Below, piece after piece: positions 18,899-27,025 of a stretch of DNA of 64,000 nt. Within the stretch, counting starts at the first letter, position 1. Each line of letters begins with the position of its first letter. Under the pieces are notes generated by a model. The model did no database searches. It saw only the letters and a program-made list of their open reading frames with translations, and was not told the DNA's origin. This stretch comes from an uncultured Muribaculaceae bacterium (GTDB lineage: Bacteria > Cyanobacteriota > Vampirovibrionia > Gastranaerophilales > Gastranaerophilaceae), in the NCBI GenBank assembly GCA_964461115.1, contig CAYWSX010000006.1, positions 60,892-124,891 on the forward strand, in the 5' to 3' direction. A program made the translations under genes and the position numbers.

Positions 18899-20218
18899 TT
18901 AGCTTTCGCGAATAATCAGTGCGTTAGAAACCGCTATGCCTCCTTTAATGCTCGGAGTGTTTACTATGCGGTCTTTGATGTACATAACGCTCGAGCCGCC
19001 TCCGTCGAGGTTCATTGCCCATATGCAGCCAAATTCTTTCATTAAACGTGCTGTTTCGGTAAGCGTCATTCCGACCGAGCTTTGTTCTCGTCCGTCGATA
19101 GTCATCATTATAAATTCGTTGTCTTTTGTGTAACCGATTGCGGTGCGTGGATTTCGACCTGTTATTGATAATAATTTTTGCTCTTGGACATCAACATATA
19201 CACTGCCGTCTTTAACCAGGAATGGCCCTCCGCTTACAATGTGATTGACTTCATCCCATTCGCCTGAGTTTTTTATTTCAAGCTCTATTTTACGGTTAGG
19301 TTTAAGACTTGTCAGAAAGGTTTGTTTTTCGTCTTGGAATTGGGCATTAAAAAACGGTTCTAACTTGGATTTTGGACCTGATACAACGTATCCGTTTTGG
19401 GGTATAGTTATTGAACCGTTTGAAATGCTTATAATTTTGCCGTCTTCGATGGCTATATTGGTGCCTAACTTAGGAGCAGTCGGGCTATTTTGCCCCCAAT
19501 CCTTCGTGTACACCAATACATAGGTTGAGAGCATCCTCGGCTGGTTTATATTGTCTATCGGAACCGTAAGTTTTTTGTATTTAAGGTTTGCATTAAGCTC
19601 ATATTTGTCCATAACGTATCCTTCGGATTTTATGCCGAGGGCTACACGATTGTATATCGGACCTGTGTAGATTTTTTTGTCTATCATCAATGTGCCGAGT
19701 GGAACACCTGTTTGCGGTTTAAAATAGGTTGCGTTCACCGCAGCTATAGCTTTTCCTTTTGAAGCCAAAGTCTTGATAGTTGCTTTTCTTGCTAACGTAT
19801 CGGAGGCCAAAACAGGCACGACTTCTAAATTTGGATTTAATTGTTTGTTCATCTCTACTACATTTATGCGGACATTCCCCGCTGATGAGCGTCTTACAAG
19901 CTTGATGTGCTTTACTCCCGGGCTTACTGTAAAAATTGCGCCGTTTTTATATCTTGTTTTTGTTGATTTGTCCCATCTCTCTTTTTCGGCAACCATCAAA
20001 CCCTGCTTATAAGCTTCCTCGCTTGCCTTTGATGTGAATACCTCGGTGGATACAGTACCGTAATGCACAGGGTTTGCAGCGTAAGCAAGGTAGTTATTCT
20101 GATAGTTGATATACCTCGGTGGGCTTACCAAAAAACTTAAAAGTAAGGCGTACACTGAATAAAGAAGCAGTTTCGTTTGGTTTCTATTCGTCTGTAATGC
20201 TAGTGTGTACATCGCCAA
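18899..20218 (-). CDS. Phosphodiester glycosidase family protein (DUF2233/NAGPA-like), N-terminally membrane-anchored
   Basis: C-terminal RNPRTAIGYTKDNEFIMMTIDGR...GMTLTETARLMKEFGC..AMNLDGGGSS pattern. Confidence 0.7.
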   Translation of the reverse strand: MAMYTLALQTNRNQTKLLLYSVYALLLSFLVSPPRYINYQNNYLAYAANPVHYGTVSTEVFTSKASEEAYKQGLMVAEKERWDKSTKTRYKNGAIFTVSPGVKHIKLVRRSSAGNVRINVVEMNKQLNPNLEVVPVLASDTLARKATIKTLASKGKAIAAVNATYFKPQTGVPLGTLMIDKKIYTGPIYNRVALGIKSEGYVMDKYELNANLKYKKLTVPIDNINQPRMLSTYVLVYTKDWGQNSPTAPKLGTNIAIEDGKIISISNGSITIPQNGYVVSGPKSKLEPFFNAQFQDEKQTFLTSLKPNRKIELEIKNSGEWDEVNHIVSGGPFLVKDGSVYVDVQEQKLLSITGRNPRTAIGYTKDNEFIMMTIDGREQSSVGMTLTETARLMKEFGCIWAMNLDGGGSSVMYIKDRIVNTPSIKGGIAVSNALIIRES

Positions 20219-20299
20219 AGTCTCCTACTAACATTGTAGCACGTTTCATATACTATTTCAATACAGAATGCATATTTGTGTTGTGATTATAACAAAACT

Positions 20300-21265
20300 T
20301 TACATGGCGAAATTGAGTAAATATCCTACTATGACAAAGGATACAAACAAATACGAAGCAAAAATCGCAAGCATTTCCCACTTCAGGACTTTATTAAGCA
20401 TAATCATTTCAGGAAGTGAAATAGCAGTAATACTCATGAGCATTACAAGCGTTGTCCCGAGCGGGACGCCTTTCATAAGCAAAACCTGAACTATGGGCAG
20501 AACGCTGTCATGGTTTGCGTAAACAGGGATTCCCGCAAATGCTGCAATCAGGACTGCAAAAGGATTTGAAGCACCAAGATATTTTGCAAAGAGTTCTTCA
20601 GGTATATAGCCGTGCATAAACGCCCCTACAACGAGTCCGATTAAAACATATATCCAAATATCCCTCAGGGTTGCAAACGCATAATCATGGGCGTACTGCA
20701 CGGTGGATTTTATCTTTTCTCCTGTGGATTTGCATTCGCAATGATTGTCATTTTTTTGAAATGTATTAGTTTTTATGAATTTGCCTAAGTTAAATTTGTC
20801 GCAAAGCCATCCGCCCGTTACAGAAATTACTCCTCCTGCCAAAATATATACGAATGCTGCCTTAAAACCTGCGCCAGGTGTAATCAAGAGGAGAGCTGTC
20901 GCAATTTCGCTGATTAAAGGCGAGCTTATCAAAAATGCCATGGTTATTCCGAAGGGAATACCCGCCGCAACAAATGCAATGAACAAAGGAATTGAAGAAC
21001 AGGAACAAAATGGTGTCACTACCCCCAAAAATACGGCTAAAATATATCCGAAAAACGATGACTTTCCGCTTAGATAGCTTTTAATTTTTTCAGGTGCAAG
21101 CTGTTTCCTAAAAAGTGAGACCACAAAGAGCATTACATAAATCAGCAAGAATATTTTTATTGTATCTTCTATAAAAAAGCTTACGGCAGCCCCGGTGCGG
21201 GTGCTTAGGTCAAGCCCCATTTTTACGGTTGCAAAATTTGCGAAATTTGTTATAAATTCAAGCAT
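20300..21265 (-). CDS. arsP: ArsP/DUF318-type permease (putative organoarsenical/metalloid efflux permease)
   Basis: Multi-TM protein with a TPFCSCSSIP vicinal-Cys motif. Directly abuts the arsR stop. Confidence 0.65.
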   Translation of the reverse strand: MLEFITNFANFATVKMGLDLSTRTGAAVSFFIEDTIKIFLLIYVMLFVVSLFRKQLAPEKIKSYLSGKSSFFGYILAVFLGVVTPFCSCSSIPLFIAFVAAGIPFGITMAFLISSPLISEIATALLLITPGAGFKAAFVYILAGGVISVTGGWLCDKFNLGKFIKTNTFQKNDNHCECKSTGEKIKSTVQYAHDYAFATLRDIWIYVLIGLVVGAFMHGYIPEELFAKYLGASNPFAVLIAAFAGIPVYANHDSVLPIVQVLLMKGVPLGTTLVMLMSITAISLPEMIMLNKVLKWEMLAIFASYLFVSFVIVGYLLNFAM

Positions 21266-21589
21266 TTATGTCTCCTCCGGCGTTGTAAATTTGTCATAAC
21301 AGGCTATACAATCTTTGTGTAGAAATTTCATTGCGTCACGAATTCTCTCGCAGTTGGGTTTGTATATGAGGGATTTTCCATTTTTTATGTATGTGCACAG
21401 TCCTGCTTGTGAGAGCAGTGATAGATGGAATGACAGTGTATTTTTTGGAATTTTTAATTCGTGTGCAATTTGTGTCGGGTTTATACCGTTAATACTGTTT
21501 TTCACAATAATTTTGTAAATTGCAAGCCTCGTATCTTGCGCCAGTGCGGTAAAAATTATTATAGCGTCTTCATTTTTCAATTTATTCAT
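21266..21589 (-). CDS. arsR: ArsR/SmtB family metalloregulatory transcriptional repressor
   Basis: ALAQDTRLAIYKII... wHTH with LSFHLSLLSQAGL. Cys residues at the C-terminus (CIACYD). Confidence 0.85.
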   Translation of the reverse strand: MNKLKNEDAIIIFTALAQDTRLAIYKIIVKNSINGINPTQIAHELKIPKNTLSFHLSLLSQAGLCTYIKNGKSLIYKPNCERIRDAMKFLHKDCIACYDKFTTPEET

Positions 21590-21596
21590 TCCTTAC

Positions 21597-21616
21597 AATT
21601 CTATGATTCTAGAATT
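21597..21616. promoter_or_regulatory. Inverted repeat AATTCTA-N6-TAGAATT, candidate ArsR operator
   Basis: Read directly. Begins 8 nt upstream of the arsR start codon (minus strand). Confidence 0.4.
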
Positions 21617-21770
21617 ATGGAACTATTTTGGGAAACTGTCAACCCTCCTTGATATTTTTTGTGAATATTTGTGAAAGTAATCTTTTATTACGGCTCGGTG
21701 ATTGTGGGTAGAGCGGTAAATTTGGCTTGTACAAATAGGAAAAAGTGTTGTAAAATAAATTATAAAATTT

Positions 21771-21784
21771 GTTGCATATGCAAC
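21771..21784. promoter_or_regulatory. Perfect 14-bp palindrome GTTGCATATGCAAC
   Basis: Read directly. Ends 12 nt before the ATG of the Crp/Fnr gene. Confidence 0.4.
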
Positions 21785-21796
21785 TTTTGAGGATGA

Positions 21797-22423
21797 ATGG
21801 AAAATATTGAATTATTTAAAAATATAAAGGATACAGAACTTGATAATCTTCTGGGGTTAACAGGTGCTTCAAGTAAAGTTTACAAAAAAAACTCGGTTAT
21901 TTGGCAAAAAAACAGTCCTATCAAAGATATTGGAGTAATTCTCGTTGGTGAGGTGGTTTTGAAAAGCGTTAACGGTGATATTTTTGATAAAAAAATCAGC
22001 GGTCAGCTAATAGGCGCAGATTTTGTTTGCGCGGGCTTTAAGAAGATTCCTTTTGATTATATTGCTGAAAAACAGTCGGGTGTTTTATTTATCCCTTATG
22101 AAAAAATAATTTCTCTTCATTCAGACAAGGGCGGAACAAAATTAATAAAAAATTTGTTTGAAATTATTTCCAAAAAAAATGTTGCTCTTGAATATAGAAT
22201 GAACTTTCTTGAGAAAAAAACCACTCGCGAAAAAATACTTGCATATTTGAACGCTGAAACAGAAAAAACCGGAGCCCAAACTGTTTTGATACCGTTTTCA
22301 CGTGAGGAAATGGCTTCGTATCTTTGTGCTGACAGAAGCGCATTAAGCCGTGAGCTTTCGAGACTTCATGACGAAGGCGTATTGGAATACAGAAAAAATG
22401 AGTTTACAATTTTGAAAGGATAA
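21797..22423 (+). CDS. Crp/Fnr family transcriptional regulator
   Basis: N-terminal cNMP-binding-like beta-roll and C-terminal HTH (REEMASYLCADRSALSRELSRLHDEGVL). Confidence 0.85.
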   Translation: MENIELFKNIKDTELDNLLGLTGASSKVYKKNSVIWQKNSPIKDIGVILVGEVVLKSVNGDIFDKKISGQLIGADFVCAGFKKIPFDYIAEKQSGVLFIPYEKIISLHSDKGGTKLIKNLFEIISKKNVALEYRMNFLEKKTTREKILAYLNAETEKTGAQTVLIPFSREEMASYLCADRSALSRELSRLHDEGVLEYRKNEFTILKG

Positions 22424-22426
22424 CTA

Positions 22427-22894
22427 ATGAAAAAGGCTGTTATTATTGATACTCCTATTGGTGTTTTGGCAATTGCGGAAGAAAACGAAAAAATCACAAA
22501 CTTGTTTTTAGATGCTGAAAAACTACCTGCTGAAATTAAAATTGAGGAAACTGCTCTTTTAGTTAGGGCTAAAACGCAGTTAGAAGAGTACTTTCTGGGA
22601 AAAAGAAAAAAATTCGATTTGCCTATAAATCCAAAAGGGACAGATTTTCAACAGAAAGTGTGGAAAAATCTCGTTAAAATTCCTTATGGTAAAACGTGGA
22701 CTTACAAAGAACTTGCGGAAGAGTCCGGGAATGTCAAAGCTTGCAGGGCTGTGGGTGGTGCTAATAATAAGAACCCTATTGCTATTTTTGTTCCCTGCCA
22801 CAGGGTTATAGGCGCTGACGGAAAACTTGTCGGATATGCAGGCGGACTTAGTGTTAAGCAAAAACTTTTAGAGTTGGAAGCCAAATACAATTAG
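22427..22894 (+). CDS. ogt: Methylated-DNA--protein-cysteine methyltransferase
   Basis: PCHRVIG active-site motif and YKELAE...RAVGGANNKNP. Confidence 0.92.
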   Translation: MKKAVIIDTPIGVLAIAEENEKITNLFLDAEKLPAEIKIEETALLVRAKTQLEEYFLGKRKKFDLPINPKGTDFQQKVWKNLVKIPYGKTWTYKELAEESGNVKACRAVGGANNKNPIAIFVPCHRVIGADGKLVGYAGGLSVKQKLLELEAKYN

Positions 22895-22977
22895 TAGCTT
22901 TATTGAGTGAAATGTAACAAATAACCTTATTTTGGGCAATTAATTTTTAAAAATTGTCTTTTTATAATATAAATCAG

Positions 22978-23006
22978 TTGACAGAATTAAATAATTAGGA
23001 TAATAT
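22978..23006 (+). promoter_or_regulatory. Near-consensus sigma-70 promoter of the Cys-rich protein gene
   Basis: TTGACA (22978-22983), 17 nt, TAATAT (23001-23006). Confidence 0.65.
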
Positions 23007-23014
23007 ATCACTAC

Positions 23015-23027
23015 ACCCCCGAGGGGT
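23015..23027. promoter_or_regulatory. GC-rich inverted repeat ACCCC-CGA-GGGGT, candidate CsoR operator
   Basis: Read directly, 8 nt downstream of the -10 box. Resembles the C4/G4 inverted-repeat architecture of known CsoR operators. Confidence 0.55.
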
Positions 23028-23096
23028 CATATGAAAATCGGATTGTGTTTACATAGAGTTGTAAGAATTTATTACTACATATAAAAGGAGAAATTT

Positions 23097-23405
23097 ATGA
23101 AAAAATCTTTAATCGTTACTATGGCAGCGCTTGTTGCTTTGACAGTCGGCATGAACACGGCTATTGCAAAAAGCAAAGACTGTGACTGCGCATGCAACTG
23201 CTCGAAATGTCATTGTGAGAAAAAATGCGACTGTGATTGTTGCAAAAAAGGTGACTGCAAATGTGGAGAGGACTGTAAATGTCATAAGCAAGTAAATTGT
23301 GGTTGTGATGACAAGTGCAACTGTTCTTGTACGAAGAAAAAAATCTTTACAAAGGCAGTAAAAAAAGACATTCCTTGCGAATGTGAAAAAAATCAAGCTA
23401 AATAA
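23097..23405 (+). CDS. Secreted Cys-rich metallothionein-like protein
   Basis: Signal peptide MKKSLIVTMAALVALTVGMNTAIA|K. Mature 78 aa with 21 Cys, mostly as CxC/CxxC repeats (DCDCACNCSKCHCEKKCDCDCC...). AAGGAG RBS. Confidence 0.75.
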   Translation: MKKSLIVTMAALVALTVGMNTAIAKSKDCDCACNCSKCHCEKKCDCDCCKKGDCKCGEDCKCHKQVNCGCDDKCNCSCTKKKIFTKAVKKDIPCECEKNQAK

Positions 23406-23425
23406 ATTTTATTTGCAAATTTGCC

Positions 23426-23451
23426 AAAAAGCACTCGAAAGAGTGTTTTTT
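23426..23451 (+). terminator. Rho-independent terminator
   Basis: AAAAAGCACTC-GAAA-GAGTGTTTTTT. Confidence 0.65.
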
Positions 23452-23459
23452 GGTATAAT
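23451..23459 (+). promoter_or_regulatory. Extended -10 promoter element (TGgTATAAT) for csoR
   Basis: Read directly, about 45 nt upstream of the csoR ATG. Confidence 0.4.
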
Positions 23460-23502
23460 ATTTTTGTATTCGAAGATTTATAGCTTATAAGCAGGAGAAA
23501 AA

Positions 23503-23775
23503 ATGAAAGCAGACAGAAAAAAAATTGATACACTTCTAAAAACTGCAAGGGGTCAAATTGATGGGCTATTAAAAATGATTGAAGAGGACAGACATTGCGT
23601 TGAAATCAGCACACAAATTCTGGCTGCACAATCCATATTGAAGAAAGTAAATATGGAGATATTGAACTCTCATTTGAGCCACTGTGTTAAGGAGACATTT
23701 GAACATGCCGGCGAGGCAGAAAAGAAGGCTCAAATTGATGAAATTATTTCAATTATAAACAAAATTACGAAATAA
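23503..23775 (+). CDS. csoR: CsoR/RcnR/FrmR-family metal-sensing repressor with the x-C-H-C (Cu-sensing CsoR-type) fingerprint
   Basis: 90 aa. GQIDGLLKMIEEDRHC and HLSHC (His and Cys at i, i+4). Confidence 0.85.
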   Translation: MKADRKKIDTLLKTARGQIDGLLKMIEEDRHCVEISTQILAAQSILKKVNMEILNSHLSHCVKETFEHAGEAEKKAQIDEIISIINKITK

Positions 23776-23801
23776 AAAACGCGGTGAAAACCGCGTTTTT
23801 G
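23774..23801. terminator. Bidirectional rho-independent terminator
   Basis: AAAAACGCGG-TGAAAA-CCGCGTTTTT between convergent genes. Confidence 0.8.
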
Positions 23802-23802
23802 G

Positions 23803-24111
23803 TTAATCATTGTCTTTTTTATTAAGAAGTTTTTTTACTTCTTCATGGCCTTTAGCATAAGAGCTTTCTTCTTCAGGTGCTAAAATATAAAGTATTTTTT
23901 GGAAATTTCCGGCATGAACAAGCTCATCACCGGCGACTTCAAGCAATACGGCTTTAGCTTCTTTGTTGTCAATCGACTCGGCAAGCTGCTCATATAGTTG
24001 TGTGGATTCGTATTCGGCTGCAATACTAAATCTTATGGCTCTGATTAACTCCTCTTTTGTCAAGGGTTTGTCATTTTTTTTGACCGAAAACGGACTGCAA
24101 AATTCAGGCAT
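23803..24111 (-). CDS. Small ferritin-like protein with EncFtn-type ferroxidase residue spacing
   Basis: Start set at M42 of the ORF (AGGAGG RBS at 24115-24120). AAEYESTQLYEQ...GDELVHAG gives Glu, Tyr at +7, Glu at +30 and His at +33, the spacing I recall for encapsulated ferritins. Confidence 0.55.
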   Translation of the reverse strand: MPEFCSPFSVKKNDKPLTKEELIRAIRFSIAAEYESTQLYEQLAESIDNKEAKAVLLEVAGDELVHAGNFQKILYILAPEEESSYAKGHEEVKKLLNKKDND

Positions 24112-24276
24112 ATAACCTCCTTTTTTATTTATATTCTTAAAAAATATAAAATTAAGCATTCCCCGACAGACCAAATACAAAAAAATCAAAAAACAGGCAC
24201 AAAATACTACCCAACCGGGTAGTATTTTTTTCAATTTTTGTAATATATGATTACTAGTTGTGTCGGGAGTTAGAGT

Positions 24277-25950
24277 ATGAAAATTAAATTGATGGTTTTA
24301 ATGTATACATTAGGGGTAATTTTGTTGATACTTACCATAGTATCATCAATTTATGGGCATTACATTGGAATAGATGTTTTAATATTATGCAGTTTATTGA
24401 TGATTTGGTTGAACATAAAAAAGGAAGAAGAAAAAAGGCAAAAGATTGACGAGGTAGACAACTACAAGGCTGTTATTTCAGATGTTTTTAAGTATTCTTC
24501 AGATTTAATTTTCTTGAAAGATACAAAAGGTAAATATATCACCTGTAATAAGATTTTTGCAAATAAAATGAAATTTACTGATGAATCAGCAATAGAAGGG
24601 CTTTCTGATAGAGACTTTGTATCAGAAGAAGATTTTTTACAAATAAGGAAAATTGACGATTATGTAATTAAAAATCAACTTCCTGTGAAATATATCCGCC
24701 CTATGAAAATGTTTCATGATGGAGTTTATGAGCTGAAACTTTCACCTTTTGTTCAAAAAGGCAAAGTCCAAGGCGTTTTTGGGGTTGCCAGAAATATAAA
24801 AGAAAAAATAGATTTGGAAAATTATATTCAAATGCAAAAGGCTCAGGTTGCTTCAATCCTGGATAGTATCGCTTCTATGGCATATTTAAAGGATATAAAT
24901 AACAATATTATTACTGCAAATAAAAGTTTTCTGAAATTTTTAGGCTGTAACGAAGAGGATATCAATAAGCCCGGTATATTAGACAAGTTTAAAATTATTA
25001 ATGAACAAAGTTTTCAAACTGACAGAATTATTATCGAAACTAAAATTACAAAAAGAATGGATATAGAGGTACAAGCCCCATATAGTACTTTCTGGTTTGA
25101 TACTCAAAAATCTCCCTTTTTTGATATAGAAGGTAATGTAATAGGAATAATGGTTCTTTGTACTGATATAACACAGCGAAAAAATATGGAAGAAGAGCTA
25201 ATTAAGGCAAAGGAAGATGCTTTGGCTTTAAATAATTTGAAAACTCAGATGATAGCAAATATAACACATGAAATTAAAACGCCTTTGAGTGGAATAATAG
25301 GTTTTTTGGATTTGATAGCGGAGCAAATCAATACTGAAAAATGTCGTGTTTACATTGAAAAAGCTAGGAAATTTGCACATATACTTTTGGAGTTAATTAC
25401 TACACTGCTTGAGTTTTCGCAATTGGAGTGCAAGAAAATCAAACTTGATATGAATGTATTTAATTTACAAAAAATGCTTATTGATGCTTTGGAATTTATA
25501 AATAAAAAAGCCGGTGAAAAAAATATTAAAATTGATTTTGATTATGATGAAAGTATTCCTGAAAACATATGCGGTGATAGTACTAAAATTTTCCAAGTTA
25601 TAAATAATTTATTGGATAACTCGTTAAAATTTACTGACAGGGGAAAAATATCTCTCATTACAAGGCTGGTGGATTTAAATGAAAAAGAAACCGAAATCTA
25701 TTTTGAAATTAGGGATACAGGCATTGGCATACGGGAAGAAGACAAAAATACGGTGTTTGAGCCGTTTATTCAGGGGGATTTATCTTCAACAAAAAAATAT
25801 CAAGGTACGGGGCTGGGACTTCACAATTGCAAAGGTTTTTTAGAGGCTATGGGCAGCAAAATATTCTGTGAAAGTATTGTGGGAGAAGGTACAAAAATGT
25901 TTTTTACGGTTAAGTTTTCTAATGAAGCTGTGCCGAGTATATCGTATTAG
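24277..25950 (+). CDS. Membrane-anchored PAS-domain sensor histidine kinase (orphan)
   Basis: Two N-terminal TM helices, two PAS-like regions, HisKA box ITHEIKTPLSGI and HATPase box GTGLGL. No response regulator nearby. Confidence 0.88.
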   Translation: MKIKLMVLMYTLGVILLILTIVSSIYGHYIGIDVLILCSLLMIWLNIKKEEEKRQKIDEVDNYKAVISDVFKYSSDLIFLKDTKGKYITCNKIFANKMKFTDESAIEGLSDRDFVSEEDFLQIRKIDDYVIKNQLPVKYIRPMKMFHDGVYELKLSPFVQKGKVQGVFGVARNIKEKIDLENYIQMQKAQVASILDSIASMAYLKDINNNIITANKSFLKFLGCNEEDINKPGILDKFKIINEQSFQTDRIIIETKITKRMDIEVQAPYSTFWFDTQKSPFFDIEGNVIGIMVLCTDITQRKNMEEELIKAKEDALALNNLKTQMIANITHEIKTPLSGIIGFLDLIAEQINTEKCRVYIEKARKFAHILLELITTLLEFSQLECKKIKLDMNVFNLQKMLIDALEFINKKAGEKNIKIDFDYDESIPENICGDSTKIFQVINNLLDNSLKFTDRGKISLITRLVDLNEKETEIYFEIRDTGIGIREEDKNTVFEPFIQGDLSSTKKYQGTGLGLHNCKGFLEAMGSKIFCESIVGEGTKMFFTVKFSNEAVPSISY

Positions 25951-26966
25951 ATTCCCAGTATTTTAATAATTCCGAAGCTTAAAAAGGATATAAACACAGA
26001 CGCAATAATACCTAAATACAATGGTTTTATACCGACTTTCTGCATATTTGCAAAACTTGTCTCAAGCCCGAGTCCTGCCATTGCTGCCGTCATTAAATAA
26101 GTGCAAACCAGATTTAATGTATTTATAACGGTCTCTGGTATGTTAAAAATTGAGTTTATCAATATTACGACGGTAAAAAATATTACAAACCAAGGGATTT
26201 GTATGTTTTTAATGTCGAATTTTTTTGAATTTTTTTGCGTTCTTAAAATACTTATAACAAAAGTTATCGGTATAATGTAAAGAACTCGTGTCAGTTTGAC
26301 AAGAGTGGACATGATTCCCGCTTCATCTGATACTGCAAATCCTGCGGCAACTACCTGGGCGACTTCATGAACTGATGTCCCCGCCCAAAAGGCATAAGCT
26401 GAGGTGCTTAGGTGTATAAGATTTTGCGCCAAAGGATACAGAAGCATAAACAAGGTGCCGAAAATCGTGATGATTCCTATTGAGAACGAGACATCTTCTT
26501 CCTGTTCTTTATCGTTTAAGGCGCTGACTGCGATAATCGCTGCTGCACCGCATATGGAGCATCCTGAAGCGACCAAAAGCGAAAGATTTTTGGATAGTTT
26601 CATGACTTTTCCCATCCATATAGTAAAAAACATTGTTGCGACAACAATTAACCCAATAAGGAAAATTCCCTCTAATCCAAGCTGATAAACCTCTTTGAGG
26701 CTTAGTTTGAATCCCAGTAATATAATTGCAAATCTTAAAACTTTTTTAGCACAGAATTTTATTCCCGGTCTCATCTTACGTTTTATGCCTAAAAAGTTTT
26801 TTACAAGCATTCCCAGCAAAATAGCAATAATTATTGTGCTGAGGTGTAAAAGCTTTGCTAAATATGAGTTTTGCAGACTTACGGCAAGCATTGTTATTAA
26901 AGTTACAAGAATCAAGCCTTCGGCGAGGTTTCGATGTTTTTTGATATCCTTGAATAATTTTTTCAT
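25947..26966 (-). CDS. YeiH/UPF0324 family membrane protein (putative sulfate exporter family)
   Basis: Polytopic membrane protein with YeiH-like sequence. ATG at 26966 preferred over the TTG at 27014. Confidence 0.65.
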   Translation of the reverse strand: MKKLFKDIKKHRNLAEGLILVTLITMLAVSLQNSYLAKLLHLSTIIIAILLGMLVKNFLGIKRKMRPGIKFCAKKVLRFAIILLGFKLSLKEVYQLGLEGIFLIGLIVVATMFFTIWMGKVMKLSKNLSLLVASGCSICGAAAIIAVSALNDKEQEEDVSFSIGIITIFGTLFMLLYPLAQNLIHLSTSAYAFWAGTSVHEVAQVVAAGFAVSDEAGIMSTLVKLTRVLYIIPITFVISILRTQKNSKKFDIKNIQIPWFVIFFTVVILINSIFNIPETVINTLNLVCTYLMTAAMAGLGLETSFANMQKVGIKPLYLGIIASVFISFLSFGIIKILGI

Positions 26967-27025
26967 GTTCTTTTGTCCGATTTTTATATCATCTATACAA
27001 TACAATGAACACAAAGCTCTGAAAA

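Noticed and set aside
24112-24234. N-terminal 41-codon extension of the ferritin-like ORF
   Set aside because: The internal ATG at 24111 is preceded by a strong AGGAGG. The extension is a hydrophobic, low-complexity read-through of the promoter region.
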